64,000 nt of DNA from Syntrophales bacterium (GTDB taxonomy: Bacteria; Desulfobacterota; Syntrophia; Syntrophales; PHBD01): positions 3,808,001 to 3,872,000 of the forward strand of contig OY764159.1 in the NCBI GenBank assembly GCA_963668175.1. Reading direction: 5' to 3'. The position numbers and the translations under genes were made by a program. Below the pieces are notes generated by a model. The model was not told the origin of the DNA and made no database searches. It was given only the letters and a program-made list of their open reading frames with translations. The stretch's first letter is position 1; every line of letters starts with the position of its first letter. Positions 51,971 through 62,787 of this stretch are shown here, piece after piece.

Positions 51971-52771
51971 CTAAGAACACTTTACCAAGGATTCGAGGTC
52001 CGCGGCGATGATATTCACCGGCGGATGCCAAGCCTCGGCTTCTTCCCGTGACGAAACACCGCTCAGCACCAGAGCTACCGGACATCCGGCTTTCTGCCCC
52101 GCCGCAATATCCGTATCTAATCGATCGCCGACGACCAATACCCGCTCCCTCGGCAGCCCCAGGCGCCGACAAGCGAGGTCTATCAGCGCAGGAGAAGGTT
52201 TACCGGCATAAATGGGACATATTCCCGTTGCCGTAGATATTACGGATATCCAGGAACCGGCTCCCGGGATCTTGCCGCGCGGCGTCGGAAAAGTCCTGTC
52301 CGGGTTCGTGGCATAAAACGGAAGGCCGCTCTGCACCAATAAGGCGGCTTCGGAAAATTTCCTGACAGTAAGATGCCTATCCATTCCTATCGCGACGGCC
52401 TGCGCCTTTTCAGCCTCTTCAAGGGACAGAGTAACAAAATTCCTATCTTTCAAGGCTTCGATCAGACCCGACTCGCCAACCGCAAAAACGTTTCCCCCCT
52501 GAGGAAATCTTTCACCCAGCATATGAGCCAGAACAAGGGATGATGTAATGATTTGCCTTTCCTCCACTTTCAGGCCGAATCCATCCATCCGCTTGACGTA
52601 CTCGCGGGGAGTCCGGGTACCGTTGTTTGTAGCGAAGACCGTCTTAAGCCCGCGCGTTCTTATTGCGTTGAAGATGGCCGTCAAATCCCCGATGGGTGAA
52701 TCCGATTTCCATAAAACGCCGTCCATGTCCAATATTAACGCGCGTATATCATCCGGTATGGTACAAATCAT
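51971..52771 (-). CDS. HAD-IIA family phosphatase (NagD-like)
   Basis: LDMDGVLW, ATNNG, ATNPD, AGKP, VGDRLDTDI. Confidence 0.92.
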   Translation of the reverse strand: MICTIPDDIRALILDMDGVLWKSDSPIGDLTAIFNAIRTRGLKTVFATNNGTRTPREYVKRMDGFGLKVEERQIITSSLVLAHMLGERFPQGGNVFAVGESGLIEALKDRNFVTLSLEEAEKAQAVAIGMDRHLTVRKFSEAALLVQSGLPFYATNPDRTFPTPRGKIPGAGSWISVISTATGICPIYAGKPSPALIDLACRRLGLPRERVLVVGDRLDTDIAAGQKAGCPVALVLSGVSSREEAEAWHPPVNIIAADLESLVKCS

Positions 52772-52982
52772 AGAGAAACGATATCCCAAAACCGGATCGA
52801 TTCGCACGTACTACGCTCATTTTTGCCGTAAATCCCACCGGTAATAGTATTCACCATTCTAAGACAATATTTCATACAATTCTGTATCACTTATGCAGAC
52901 GTTCAGCAAGTCTTTTTTGTATGACAAAACCGCTGAGACAGGAACTGGTATAGAAGATTCGAGAAATATGTGGAGACTGTTG

Positions 52983-53009
52983 AAAAAGGGCTTCCCTCGG
53001 GAAGCCCTT
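52983..53009 (-). terminator. Terminator after tRNA-Arg
   Basis: AAGGGCTTCCC-ga-GGGAAGCCCTTTTT on the minus strand. Confidence 0.85.
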
Positions 53010-53013
53010 GTAA

Positions 53014-53090
<77 letters not shown>

Positions 53091-53163
53091 ATGTCCAATG
53101 ATATGTGTAAAGAAAGAGCGTCTTAACCCCTTTTGACCGCTTTTGTCAAGATATCTTGTCGGT

Positions 53164-54897
53164 TCAGCGAACATAGCCCGCTATCCCGTCGAAGCGGTAG
53201 CCTTTCTGCCTCATTCCTTCACCAGAAGGATCTGTCGTGTAAAAGTGGTTCCCCCTGGAAGGATTGTACCACCGATACAGTTCCTTGGTTCCGGTCAAAC
53301 GCGACGAACCGATATTGCCGATGACACCTTCATAAATATAACCGTTCAAGGATTTCCCGCCGCCCTTAAGGTCATAGGAATAGAAACGGTCGCCTTTCTG
53401 TGGGTTGTACCATCGGTGAAAATTCGTGGTTCCTGGTGTGCCTGGTACAAAAAGCCGAAAGGCGATTCCCTGCTTCTGGTAGTTGCCGGCCTGTATGCTC
53501 TTCGCCTCTGCCTGGGGGTTGCTCGTAAGAAAATAGTCGTATCCGCGGACGAAACGGTACACGTCAAGGATCTTCGGCATATTTGACAACCCGACCTCGA
53601 CGGAAACCTCGACCATTTTCCGACCGCCGTTGGAGGTGAAAAGAATATTTTCCGTATAAGACCCGGGACTCATGGACTGCGGGTTTACTGTGAGGGTAAT
53701 GTAGTCGGTTTCCCGAACCGTCCTTCCACTGATCGGAAACGCCTTCAGCCAGCCGGGGGGTCCTTTCATGAATTCTTTACCCAAAATCCGAACGCCTTCG
53801 ATGGCAACGTGCCCCTCTTTGCTCATCAGGGTCAGGGTATGTTGACCGTCCGGAAGGCCTTCGACGACGGCAAATTCCGCTTCTTCCTTTTGTTCGCTCA
53901 ACGATTCGGCGCGGCTGACAAATTTATCATCGATATATGCCGACAGGTTGCCCCCGTCGGGACCTTTCCAAAACAGAACGGAAATTCCCGTCCCGCTGAA
54001 TTGGTAGCGAAGCGTGCTATTCGGTGCCGCTGCTACGGGATAGCCGTTATCCTCCGACCATAAGCCGAACGTTTCCACGCTGTCTTTCAACGGTATCGGC
54101 AGGACGTAGGCCCGGCTTCCCCTGACGGCTTCGTTTATGAAGGAAACATAACGCCCTTTCCTGGCCGGTCCCGCCTGGTCTCCGGCCTGTGTATTCGGCG
54201 CAACCTTCAGCGTCCACCGGAGAATATCCTTTCCTTTATTGGCCAATTCAAGTCTTTTGGTAACCGTGGCATTCCCGCTGATATTGCCGAAATCCACCCG
54301 GGACGGGAAGACTTCCAGAATGGGCTCCGTATCCACCGGCGTAATTTTAAATTTCAGAAAAAGACTTCTCACAATGCCGCTGGAACTGATTTTGAGACTC
54401 TCCCGGTAGAATCCCGGCATCATCTCCTTCCGGCACGTCATGGTCATATTTTCTATCGTCAGGCTGAGAATCATGGTCCCGAAGTGATTTTTCGGCCGGG
54501 AACTATTCTCTTCGCCGTTGGCCTTTACATACTTAAGCATGATACGCATGGGGACGATTGAACTTTCCAGGTTGCCCTTCAGCATTTGATCGTCTGTACA
54601 GAACCAGCCTTCGGGCTTGCTTATCATCCAGTTCATGCTGCCGCTGCCAAGATTCCGCAGGGAAATCGTGCTTGACGCCTCCGCGCCGGGTGAAATTGTA
54701 CCGAGATCCACTTCTTTGGGCGATATCGACAGAATAGGGCGCATCACGTTATACTGATCGTTGCCCCGGGCGGCGGAAAGGATCAATTTGCCGTCCCTGC
54801 CGTAAACGGTCCCGGATAGGGCCAGGCACAAGAGAAGGGCCGCCCAAACATGTAATAGTTTCCTTGCCATGCCTGAAATGAACTCCTTTCGTGGCAT
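53164..54897 (-). CDS. Secreted multi-domain protein (Ig/BACON-like domains, a beta-sandwich, C-terminal DUF5648-like repeats)
   Basis: Signal peptide; repeated 'P..VD[LF]G.I....L.N.G...[ML].W' modules; C-terminal RWYNP..[DH][RH]FY[ST]..GY.[YF][ED]G repeats. Confidence 0.75.
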   Translation of the reverse strand: MPRKEFISGMARKLLHVWAALLLCLALSGTVYGRDGKLILSAARGNDQYNVMRPILSISPKEVDLGTISPGAEASSTISLRNLGSGSMNWMISKPEGWFCTDDQMLKGNLESSIVPMRIMLKYVKANGEENSSRPKNHFGTMILSLTIENMTMTCRKEMMPGFYRESLKISSSGIVRSLFLKFKITPVDTEPILEVFPSRVDFGNISGNATVTKRLELANKGKDILRWTLKVAPNTQAGDQAGPARKGRYVSFINEAVRGSRAYVLPIPLKDSVETFGLWSEDNGYPVAAAPNSTLRYQFSGTGISVLFWKGPDGGNLSAYIDDKFVSRAESLSEQKEEAEFAVVEGLPDGQHTLTLMSKEGHVAIEGVRILGKEFMKGPPGWLKAFPISGRTVRETDYITLTVNPQSMSPGSYTENILFTSNGGRKMVEVSVEVGLSNMPKILDVYRFVRGYDYFLTSNPQAEAKSIQAGNYQKQGIAFRLFVPGTPGTTNFHRWYNPQKGDRFYSYDLKGGGKSLNGYIYEGVIGNIGSSRLTGTKELYRWYNPSRGNHFYTTDPSGEGMRQKGYRFDGIAGYVR

Positions 54898-55025
54898 TAC
54901 CTAGCGTATACCCGTGAAGAAAGCAAAGGTTTTTCGCAAAACTGAAAATACTTGACACCCCATAAAAATCCGATATATCGTCGCGCGGTTTTTCATTGAC
55001 ATACATTTATGTGATACTATCGAAT

Positions 55026-56171
55026 ATGACCGATAGCGAAGACAAATACTGGCTTGCCCTGAAATCGATCGACGGGGTGGGCAATGTCGGCATGAAAAAA
55101 CTGGTGGATGCCTGCGGATCGGCCCGCCGGGTTTTTTCCGCGCCTGTCGGAAATTTGAAAACAATAGGAGGAATTGGCTCCACAATCATTGCACGGATCA
55201 AGGCCTTTGACGACTGGGATAAGGTGGATGGCGAACTCGAAAAAGTGGCCAAGCTTCAGGCTTATATCCTTAATTATCAGGATCCTATTTATCCGGCCGC
55301 CCTCCTCAATATATACGATTTTCCGCCTTTTCTTTACGTAAAGGGAAGATTGGACCCTGACGACGTTTACATAGCCGTCGTCGGTTCGAGAATGGCCAGC
55401 AGTTACGGTCGATATACGACGGAGAGACTGTGCAGAGAAATGGGGATGAAAGGCATTACCATCGTGAGCGGCATGGCCAGGGGTATCGATTCAGCGGCGC
55501 ACCGCGGAGCCCTGACGGGGAAAGGAAGAACGGTTGCCGTTCTGGGTTGCGGACTGGATATCGTCTATCCGCCTGAAAATGCAAGTCTCATGGAAGAAAT
55601 AGCCTCACACGGCGCCGTCATCACGGAATTTCCCTTGGGAACGCAACCCAACGGACCCAATTTTCCCGCCCGTAACCGGATCATCAGCGGCATGTCTCTC
55701 GGTGTGGTCGTCGTCGAAGCAACGGACAAAAGCGGTTCTCTCATCACGGCAAGAATGGCCCTGGAACAGGGCCGGGAAGTTTTCGCCGTTCCCGGCAGCA
55801 TCGACGCCAGCGGATCGAAAGGCACAAACCGTCTGATCAAAGACGGGGCAAAACTTGTAGAAAGTGTCGATGACATTCTGGAAGAGCTTCTGCCCCAGAT
55901 CGCGGGAAGACGGGAACAAGAACCTCTTAAGGAAACGGGTACGAAAAAGACGGAAAGGGCAAGCACGAAGGCCTCCGCCCCTGATGACGGTCTGATGGAG
56001 GAAAACGAGAGAATTCTATATAGGATGATCTCGACCGATCCGGTCGATGCCGACAGCCTGATAGCCTCTTCGGGTCTCGGGACGGGCATTGTGTTGACGA
56101 CCCTCATGAACATGGAGTTGAAGGGCCGCATCCGGCAATTGCCGGGCAAAACATTCATACGCAAGGAATAA
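55026..56171 (+). CDS. dprA: DNA-processing protein DprA
   Basis: AVVGSR, IVSGMARGIDSAAH, FPARNRIISG, SGSLITA, GREVFAVPG. Confidence 0.96.
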   Translation: MTDSEDKYWLALKSIDGVGNVGMKKLVDACGSARRVFSAPVGNLKTIGGIGSTIIARIKAFDDWDKVDGELEKVAKLQAYILNYQDPIYPAALLNIYDFPPFLYVKGRLDPDDVYIAVVGSRMASSYGRYTTERLCREMGMKGITIVSGMARGIDSAAHRGALTGKGRTVAVLGCGLDIVYPPENASLMEEIASHGAVITEFPLGTQPNGPNFPARNRIISGMSLGVVVVEATDKSGSLITARMALEQGREVFAVPGSIDASGSKGTNRLIKDGAKLVESVDDILEELLPQIAGRREQEPLKETGTKKTERASTKASAPDDGLMEENERILYRMISTDPVDADSLIASSGLGTGIVLTTLMNMELKGRIRQLPGKTFIRKE

Positions 56172-56173
56172 AC

Positions 56174-58582
56174 ATGTCAACATCTCTTATCATTGTGGAA
56201 TCGCCGACCAAGGTCAAGACGATCAAGAAATATCTGCCCGCCAGTTTCGAGGTCGTCGCATCGGTGGGACACATCAAGGATTTACCCAAGAGCAAGCTCG
56301 GGATCGACGTGGAAAACAATTTCGAGCCGACCTATCTGGTTCTGGAAAGCAAGAAGAAGGTCATCAGCGATCTCAAGAAGGCAGCCAAGCAAGCCGATCA
56401 TATCTACCTGGCGCCGGACCCGGACCGGGAGGGCGAAGCCATCGCCTGGCATATCGCCGAAGAGGTCAAAGCCAAGGGCAAGACGATTGAACGTGTTCTC
56501 TTCAACGATCTCACGAAAAACACGATTCTCGAATCGCTCCGGCACCCCCTGCAGCTCAACTTCAACAAATACGAGGCCCAGCAGACGCGCCGCATCCTGG
56601 ACCGCCTGGTCGGCTATACGATCAGTCCCATCCTCTGGGAAAAAGTGAAACGGGGGCTTAGCGCCGGGCGCGTCCAGTCGGTCGCCGTCCGGCTGATTTG
56701 CGACCGGGAAGCGGAGATCAGAAAATTCGTGGCCGTCGAGTACTGGAATATCAACGTCCTTCTGGAAGGTTCGGTACCGCCGACGTTCGAGGCCCGGCTT
56801 CTCAAGATAGACGGAAAAAAGGCCAAAGTCGAAAACGAGGCCCAGTCCCAAAATATCGTAGAGACCCTGGAAAAATCGACCTTCATCGTCCGAAAGCTGG
56901 AGAAGAAGGAGGTCAGGAAGGCACCGCCGCCGCCGTTTACGACGAGCAAGCTCCAGCAGGAAGCGTCCAGGTGGCACCGGTTTTCCGCCAAGAAGACGAT
57001 GAGCGTGGCCCAGAAACTGTACGAAGGCATCGAATTAGGCAAGGAAGGCCCGGTAGGGCTCATTACCTATATGAGAACGGACTCGGTTCGTATTGCCGAA
57101 GACGCCCTGAAGGAGGTAAGGGAGTATATCGTCGCGACCTACGACAAGAGCTATCTGCCGGACAAGCCCCGCCTGTTCAAGAACGCCGCGGAGGCCCAGG
57201 ACGCCCACGAAGCCATCAGGCCGTCGTCCCTGGCCTACAAGCCCCAGGATATCAAACAATACCTGACTCCGGATCAATTCAAACTGTATCAGCTCATCTG
57301 GAACAGATTCGTCGCGAGCCAAATGAATCCAGCCGTATTCGATCAGACGACGATCGACATCGGCGCCGGGATATACCTGTTCCGTGCACAGGGACTCGTC
57401 ATGAAATTCCCGGGTTTCACCGCCCTCTATACCGAAGGCAAAGAGGACAACGGGAACGGCGGCGATCCGGAGACGGGCAAGATACTTCCGGCCGTTGCGG
57501 AAGGGGAGATCCTCAAGCTTCTCTCCATTACGCCCGAACAGAAATTCACCCAACCGCCCCCCCGGTTTTCCGAGGCATCCCTTGTCCGGGAACTGGAAGA
57601 GAAGGGGATCGGCAGACCGAGCACCTATGCCGCGATTCTCAGTACGATCCAGGACCGGGAGTATGTGCGTCTCGACAAGAGCAAATTCTTCCCCACCGAA
57701 CTGGGAGAACTGGTCAACGAACTTCTCGTAAACAATTTCCCGAAAATCCTCGACGTGGCCTTTACGGCGTCGCTGGAGACGCAACTGGATATGATCGAGG
57801 AAGGCAAAACGGGCAGGCAGGAAACCCTGAAGGGTTTTTACCAGCCCTTCGAAGAGGAACTGAAAACCGCCAAGACTCAGATGAGAAAGGTGAAGGGGGA
57901 AGAGACGCCGACCGATCTGACTTGCGACAAGTGCGGCAGCCCCATGGTGATCAAATGGGGAAAGAACGGAAAATTCCTGGCCTGCTCCAACTATCCGGCC
58001 TGCAAGAATACCATGAACTTTACCCAGGACGAAAACGGCAAGATCGTCCACGAAGAAACGCCAAAGACGGAGACCGTCTGCAACAAATGCGGTAAGCCCA
58101 TGGTCGTCAAGAGAGGCCGGTTCGGTCAGTTTCTGGCCTGTTCGGGCTACCCGGATTGCAAAAACACAATGAACATCGCCGGCGGCACGGCCGAAACACA
58201 ACCGGTTGCCGAAGAAGTCACCGATATCAAATGCCCCAAATGCGGCCAGCCCATGGCCGTAAAAAAAGGCCGGTTCGGAAAATTCCTCGGCTGCACGGGT
58301 TATCCCGCCTGCCGGAACATTATGCCGATAAGCACCAACATCCCCTGCCCGGAAGAAGGCTGTACAGGCTTCCTGACGGAGAAAAGATCCAAGACAGGCC
58401 GGTCGTTCTACAGCTGCTCCCGATATCCCCAGTGTAAATACGCGATCTGGAACAAACCGCTGCCCGAACCCTGCCCCAAATGCGGCGCCCCGTTCATCGT
58501 AGAGAAATATTCGGCCAAAACGGGAAACACCAAGGAATGTATTAAAAAAGGGTGCGGGTACAAGGAACCCATAGCGCCGTGA
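56174..58582 (+). CDS. topA: DNA topoisomerase I with C-terminal zinc ribbons
   Basis: [46 protein letters not shown], and several C4 zinc ribbons. Confidence 0.98.
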   Translation: MSTSLIIVESPTKVKTIKKYLPASFEVVASVGHIKDLPKSKLGIDVENNFEPTYLVLESKKKVISDLKKAAKQADHIYLAPDPDREGEAIAWHIAEEVKAKGKTIERVLFNDLTKNTILESLRHPLQLNFNKYEAQQTRRILDRLVGYTISPILWEKVKRGLSAGRVQSVAVRLICDREAEIRKFVAVEYWNINVLLEGSVPPTFEARLLKIDGKKAKVENEAQSQNIVETLEKSTFIVRKLEKKEVRKAPPPPFTTSKLQQEASRWHRFSAKKTMSVAQKLYEGIELGKEGPVGLITYMRTDSVRIAEDALKEVREYIVATYDKSYLPDKPRLFKNAAEAQDAHEAIRPSSLAYKPQDIKQYLTPDQFKLYQLIWNRFVASQMNPAVFDQTTIDIGAGIYLFRAQGLVMKFPGFTALYTEGKEDNGNGGDPETGKILPAVAEGEILKLLSITPEQKFTQPPPRFSEASLVRELEEKGIGRPSTYAAILSTIQDREYVRLDKSKFFPTELGELVNELLVNNFPKILDVAFTASLETQLDMIEEGKTGRQETLKGFYQPFEEELKTAKTQMRKVKGEETPTDLTCDKCGSPMVIKWGKNGKFLACSNYPACKNTMNFTQDENGKIVHEETPKTETVCNKCGKPMVVKRGRFGQFLACSGYPDCKNTMNIAGGTAETQPVAEEVTDIKCPKCGQPMAVKKGRFGKFLGCTGYPACRNIMPISTNIPCPEEGCTGFLTEKRSKTGRSFYSCSRYPQCKYAIWNKPLPEPCPKCGAPFIVEKYSAKTGNTKECIKKGCGYKEPIAP

Positions 58583-59898
58583 CCACAGGTCGCCCCATCA
58601 GTGTGATCGGCGGCGGGCTTGCCGGAACGGAAGCGGCCTGGCAGCTTCTCAAGCGCGGTCACGCGGTGGACCTCTTCGAAATGAGGCCCGCTAAAAGTTC
58701 ACCGGCCCACAAAACCGCCCTGCTCGCCGAACTCGTGTGCAGCAACTCCCTGCGCGCGAGCAGCCGAGAAAACGCCGTCGGCCTTCTTAAAGAGGAGATG
58801 CGCCTCCTAGGGTCCATCATGATCGATTCCGCCGCCAAGGCGGCCGTCCCGGCCGGTCGGGCCCTGGCCGTCGACCGCCGGCTTTTCTCCCTTTTCACGG
58901 AAAACCAGCTCCTGTCCCGGGAACGATTCCGCCTCATCCGCCGGGAATGTACAGAAATACCGGATACTGCGCCCGCCATTATCGCCACGGGCCCGCTGAC
59001 TTCCGACAGTCTCGCCGCCAACATCGCTTCACTCACCGGCAACCGCGACCTCTATTTCTACGACGCCATTTCGCCGATTATTGAAACGGATTCCATCGAT
59101 TTCGATCAGGTCTTCCCGGCCTCACGATATGACGACGAGGACGGCGGGGATTATCTGAACTGCCCTCTGGAAAAGGAAGCGTATGAGCTTTTCTGGAACG
59201 CCCTCGTGGCGGCTGAAGAAGTACCTCTCCGGGATTTCGAAGACGCGAAGTTCTTCGAGGGCTGCCTGCCCGTCGAAGTTATCGCCAAAAGAGGAATAGA
59301 AACGCTTGTTTTCGGGCCGATGAAACCCGTCGGCCTCAGGGACCCGAGAACCGGCAAACAGCCCTATGCCGTCGTCCAACTCCGGCGGGAAAACCGTGAA
59401 GCCACCCTTTACAACATGGTCGGCTTCCAGACCAAGTTGACCTGGCCGGAACAGAGACGAATCTTCAGGATGATTCCGGGACTTAAGGAGGCGGAATTCG
59501 CCCGGCTCGGGTCCATTCACCGCAACACCTACATCAACTCGCCCGTCCTCCTCGATCAATCCCTCCAATTGCGCACCAGACCCGGTATATTCTTTGCCGG
59601 ACAGATTACCGGCGTGGAAGGCTATGTCGAATCGGCGGCCATGGGACTGCTCGCCGGTTTGAGCGCCGCCCGTCTTGCGGAAGGAAGGCCTTTTTTGCCG
59701 CCCCCTCCGACAACGGCCCTGGGCGCCCTCCTGCGTTACATCACATCGGCGGAAAGCCGGACATTCCAGCCGATGAACGTCAACTTCGGTATCTTTCCGC
59801 CCATCACCGAGAGAATTCGCCGCAGGGAGAGAGGTGCATATCGGGCCGAACGGTCCCTGGCCGATCTCGGTCAATGGAAGGAAGCCTGCGGATACTGA
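58579..59898 (+). CDS. trmFO: tRNA (uracil-54)-methyltransferase TrmFO
   Basis: [58 protein letters not shown] start overlaps the topA stop. Confidence 0.96.
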   Translation: MTTGRPISVIGGGLAGTEAAWQLLKRGHAVDLFEMRPAKSSPAHKTALLAELVCSNSLRASSRENAVGLLKEEMRLLGSIMIDSAAKAAVPAGRALAVDRRLFSLFTENQLLSRERFRLIRRECTEIPDTAPAIIATGPLTSDSLAANIASLTGNRDLYFYDAISPIIETDSIDFDQVFPASRYDDEDGGDYLNCPLEKEAYELFWNALVAAEEVPLRDFEDAKFFEGCLPVEVIAKRGIETLVFGPMKPVGLRDPRTGKQPYAVVQLRRENREATLYNMVGFQTKLTWPEQRRIFRMIPGLKEAEFARLGSIHRNTYINSPVLLDQSLQLRTRPGIFFAGQITGVEGYVESAAMGLLAGLSAARLAEGRPFLPPPPTTALGALLRYITSAESRTFQPMNVNFGIFPPITERIRRRERGAYRAERSLADLGQWKEACGY

Positions 59899-59998
59899 TG
59901 CCTCCCCTGTCACCGGCATACATTCATGCCATTGCTGTGCAGACCGACAGGAAAAACAACGAATGCAATCGAGGGATTTTGACTAGATTCAGCCGGCG

Positions 59999-60775
59999 TC
60001 AGGCCTTGGCATCCCGGTACAGCTGGGTGATCCGCGAAATATACGTGCGGGTCTCCGCCGGAAGCTTTTGCGGATATTTCTCGACGTTGCCCATGCCCCA
60101 GTTATAGGCGGCGAGGGCAAGAGAGACATTGCCGTTGTATCGTTTCAGGAGTCCCTTCAGATATCGCGTCCCGGCCATGATGTTCTCCTCGGGATCGCAG
60201 GCATTCTTAACCCCCAATTCCCGGGCCGTATCGGGCATCAACTGCATCAATCCCATGGCCCCCTTGGGAGAAACGGCATTTGTATTGAAATTGCTTTCCG
60301 CTTTGATGACGCTCCGGATCAGATCGGCATCGATCTGGTAGGTGTCGGCGGCGCGCTCGATGATCGGCTCCAACTCTTTTTTGGAAAACGGAACGGCAGT
60401 TTTTTGATGAGACCGTCGGGATTTTGACGATACCGAAAGATTTTCGGAGGAAAGGTTTTCCGACAGGGCCAAGAGAGACGAAAGAAACGAATTCGAAGGC
60501 GTTTCGTCTTCCTTGTCGCTGACAACGGACAGCCAGAGACGTGCGCTCATCTCCATCTGCATCCTGTTGAGCAGGTTTTCGATTTCCGTCTTGGTTGGGG
60601 GAGATGACGGGCTATTGGAATCCTGCCCGCTTTTCCCTGCAACAAGGACCTCTTTCAGCAGGGCATCGAACCCATTCTCTCTTTTCGCCGTACCGGCACG
60701 CACATCAGACTTAAAACTCGCCTGCTTTTCAAGAGTTATCCAATGTTGGATTCCCCTACCTGATGGTATGGACAT
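59999..60775 (-). CDS. Lytic transglycosylase (SLT domain)
   Basis: VIKAESNF, SPKGAMGLMQLMP, ALAAYNWG, ETRTY; no signal peptide. Confidence 0.93.
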   Translation of the reverse strand: MSIPSGRGIQHWITLEKQASFKSDVRAGTAKRENGFDALLKEVLVAGKSGQDSNSPSSPPTKTEIENLLNRMQMEMSARLWLSVVSDKEDETPSNSFLSSLLALSENLSSENLSVSSKSRRSHQKTAVPFSKKELEPIIERAADTYQIDADLIRSVIKAESNFNTNAVSPKGAMGLMQLMPDTARELGVKNACDPEENIMAGTRYLKGLLKRYNGNVSLALAAYNWGMGNVEKYPQKLPAETRTYISRITQLYRDAKA

Positions 60776-60807
60776 GCATCACCTCGACGCGGAGATGATA
60801 AATATAA

Positions 60808-60823
60808 ATCAAATTCCATGCCA
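60808..60823 (-). promoter_or_regulatory. Putative sigma54 promoter for the lytic transglycosylase
   Basis: TGGCAT-GGAAT-TTGAT. Confidence 0.55.
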
Positions 60824-60894
60824 TCGTTTAAAAATCGTATGCGATGATTGAATCGGAGGGCTTGGACCGGTACGGTCGATCGGACAGGCAGACC

Positions 60895-61104
60895 TTACGA
60901 TTTTTTCGGAATGAGGTCTTCCCAGGTATAGGCATTTTTTACCGGTGTCTCGTCATGGATGTCGGTTTTTACGGATATCGTCACAACGTCCACAAACTTC
61001 TCCTTCGTGCCGCTTTCAGATACGACAGGGGTTCTGAGGCGCACTTTGTTTTGTTTGCTGTAGGCCTCAACACCGGTATTTATGGGATAGGTCGATATGG
61101 TCAT
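60895..61104 (-). CDS. Small protein resembling FlgM-associated (DVU0524-like) proteins
   Basis: MTISTYPIN..VEAYSKQ and DVVTIS motifs; GGGAAG RBS-like motif. Confidence 0.55.
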   Translation of the reverse strand: MTISTYPINTGVEAYSKQNKVRLRTPVVSESGTKEKFVDVVTISVKTDIHDETPVKNAYTWEDLIPKKS

Positions 61105-61144
61105 AAGAATTCTTCCCTATACTATAACTTGCATATACGCCTGT

Positions 61145-61160
61145 TGAAACCCTTTTGCCA
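61145..61160 (-). promoter_or_regulatory. Possible sigma54 promoter
   Basis: TGGCAA-AAGGG-TTTCA. Confidence 0.4.
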
Positions 61161-61366
61161 TCCTTTTTTTATTCCGGCCGGCCATGCCACTTTTATATAT
61201 TATCCTCATATCATTTTTATAATTGAGCGAAATATTCCCTTATGAACCATTTTTTCCCTAACGATGGACTCTTTTTTGCTAAGGATTCAGAAAGCTACCG
61301 GAAGATACGGAGTATCGCGCTTCTTATGCCGGCTTGAAAGATTTCCCGGCCCGGAAGAGAAAAATT

Positions 61367-61393
61367 TAACATTTTCTTTAAAAATGCCGATAA
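61367..61393 (+). promoter_or_regulatory. sigma28 (FliA)-type promoter
   Basis: TAAC-N15-GCCGATAA (perfect -10, near-consensus -35). Confidence 0.65.
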
Positions 61394-61492
61394 ACATACT
61401 ATATCATACGAGACCGTCGATCTGTAACGTATCATAACGATCCGGTCGGGTATCGCGATACGGCGTGCGGGAAAGGGGATGTACTTATCGGT

Positions 61493-62704
61493 ATGGCTTC
61501 ATTATCTGATATTCTGGCACTGAACAGCAGCGACGGCATAGCGTCGGCGCTTCTAAGCCAGCAGACCACAAGAACGCAGCTTGCGAACAACGCCCTCAGT
61601 ACCGGCATCTCGCTGTATCAGGACGGGAAGACAGAGAAGGCCGTTGAGGCGTTCAAGACGGCAGCGGCCTACAACCCGTCGCTCTCCACGGCCTATAAAT
61701 ACATGGGCATGGCCTATTCCAAACTGGGGGATTTCGAATCGGCCATCGAAGCCTACAAAAAGCCCGTTCGGCTCGATCCCGCCTCGACCGAAGCGCGGAC
61801 CGACCTTGCCAATGCGTATATCGACAACAAACAGTATGACGAGGCAGAGGCCCAGTTCAAAGAGGAGATCAGGCTCAATCCCAGATCCGACACGGCCTAT
61901 TACTCGCTCGGCCAGCTTGACCTGCAGAACGGCAAATACGACGACGCCGTAGATGCCTTCAAAAAGGTCACCAGTCTGAAGCCGGATCAGTACAACGGTT
62001 ATTACGGATTGGGGCTTGCGTACAACAAACAGAAAAACTACGCCGCCGCCGTAGACCAATTCCAGAAGTCTATTACCCTGAAGAAAGACTTCGCCTATGC
62101 CTACAACGACCTCGGATACGCCTATGCCGGTTTGGGGGAGACAGACAAGGCCAACGAGCAGGTGAACACCCTCTACAACATGAACACGGCGCAGAGCTAC
62201 TCACTTGCCGCCGAACTCGAGCTTTCCCTCTATACACCCAAGATCGCCGGTATCGATATGTCGTCGTCCAACAACACCTTCACCACGGGTTTCGGCCCCG
62301 ACACGAGTGTCGCTTTTCTCGATCCGTCGCTGTGGACTCCCGGTGCGTCGCATACCTTTTCCGTCGTTATTCAGTTCAACCAGGCCATGGACATATCATC
62401 CGTTCAAAACACGCTCAACTGGTCGATCAGCCAGGCCCAGGGCGGAAAGGGCGGTTGGTACAACAACGGCATCACCATGCATGCCGACAAGGAAATATCC
62501 ATTCCTCCCATGCCCCTCTACGTCGCCTACGATCCTTCAACCTATCAGGCAACCGTATTCTTTAAGATCAATCAGAACGCCACCGGGGATGGGGTTACCG
62601 ATCCGTCCCATTGGGTCTTCAAGTTCACCGGCACGGATATCAGCGGCAATGCCATGGATAAAACCGGAGATGAATACGACAGATTCGCCAATGAGTCCTT
62701 CTGA
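61493..62704 (+). CDS. TPR-repeat protein with C-terminal Ig-like beta domain
   Basis: About 6 TPRs (AYKYMGMAY, AYYSLG, GYYGLGLAY, AYNDLGYAY), a Ser/Ala/Leu-rich N-terminus, and a C-terminal FNQAMD..SV..GTDISGNAMD pattern. Confidence 0.85.
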   Translation: MASLSDILALNSSDGIASALLSQQTTRTQLANNALSTGISLYQDGKTEKAVEAFKTAAAYNPSLSTAYKYMGMAYSKLGDFESAIEAYKKPVRLDPASTEARTDLANAYIDNKQYDEAEAQFKEEIRLNPRSDTAYYSLGQLDLQNGKYDDAVDAFKKVTSLKPDQYNGYYGLGLAYNKQKNYAAAVDQFQKSITLKKDFAYAYNDLGYAYAGLGETDKANEQVNTLYNMNTAQSYSLAAELELSLYTPKIAGIDMSSSNNTFTTGFGPDTSVAFLDPSLWTPGASHTFSVVIQFNQAMDISSVQNTLNWSISQAQGGKGGWYNNGITMHADKEISIPPMPLYVAYDPSTYQATVFFKINQNATGDGVTDPSHWVFKFTGTDISGNAMDKTGDEYDRFANESF

Positions 62705-62787
62705 TGCCGTCCATTCGGAAGTTTGCTGTGAGAAAACGAAACGTCGACGAACCTCATCGTCAGGTATCCCTTCCCCTGCCCCGCCAT

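Noticed and set aside
55026..59898. dprA-topA-trmFO cluster (together with the ComEA-like gene) as a novel competence system
   Set aside because: This is a widely conserved housekeeping gene order, and the HhH gene is unlinked.
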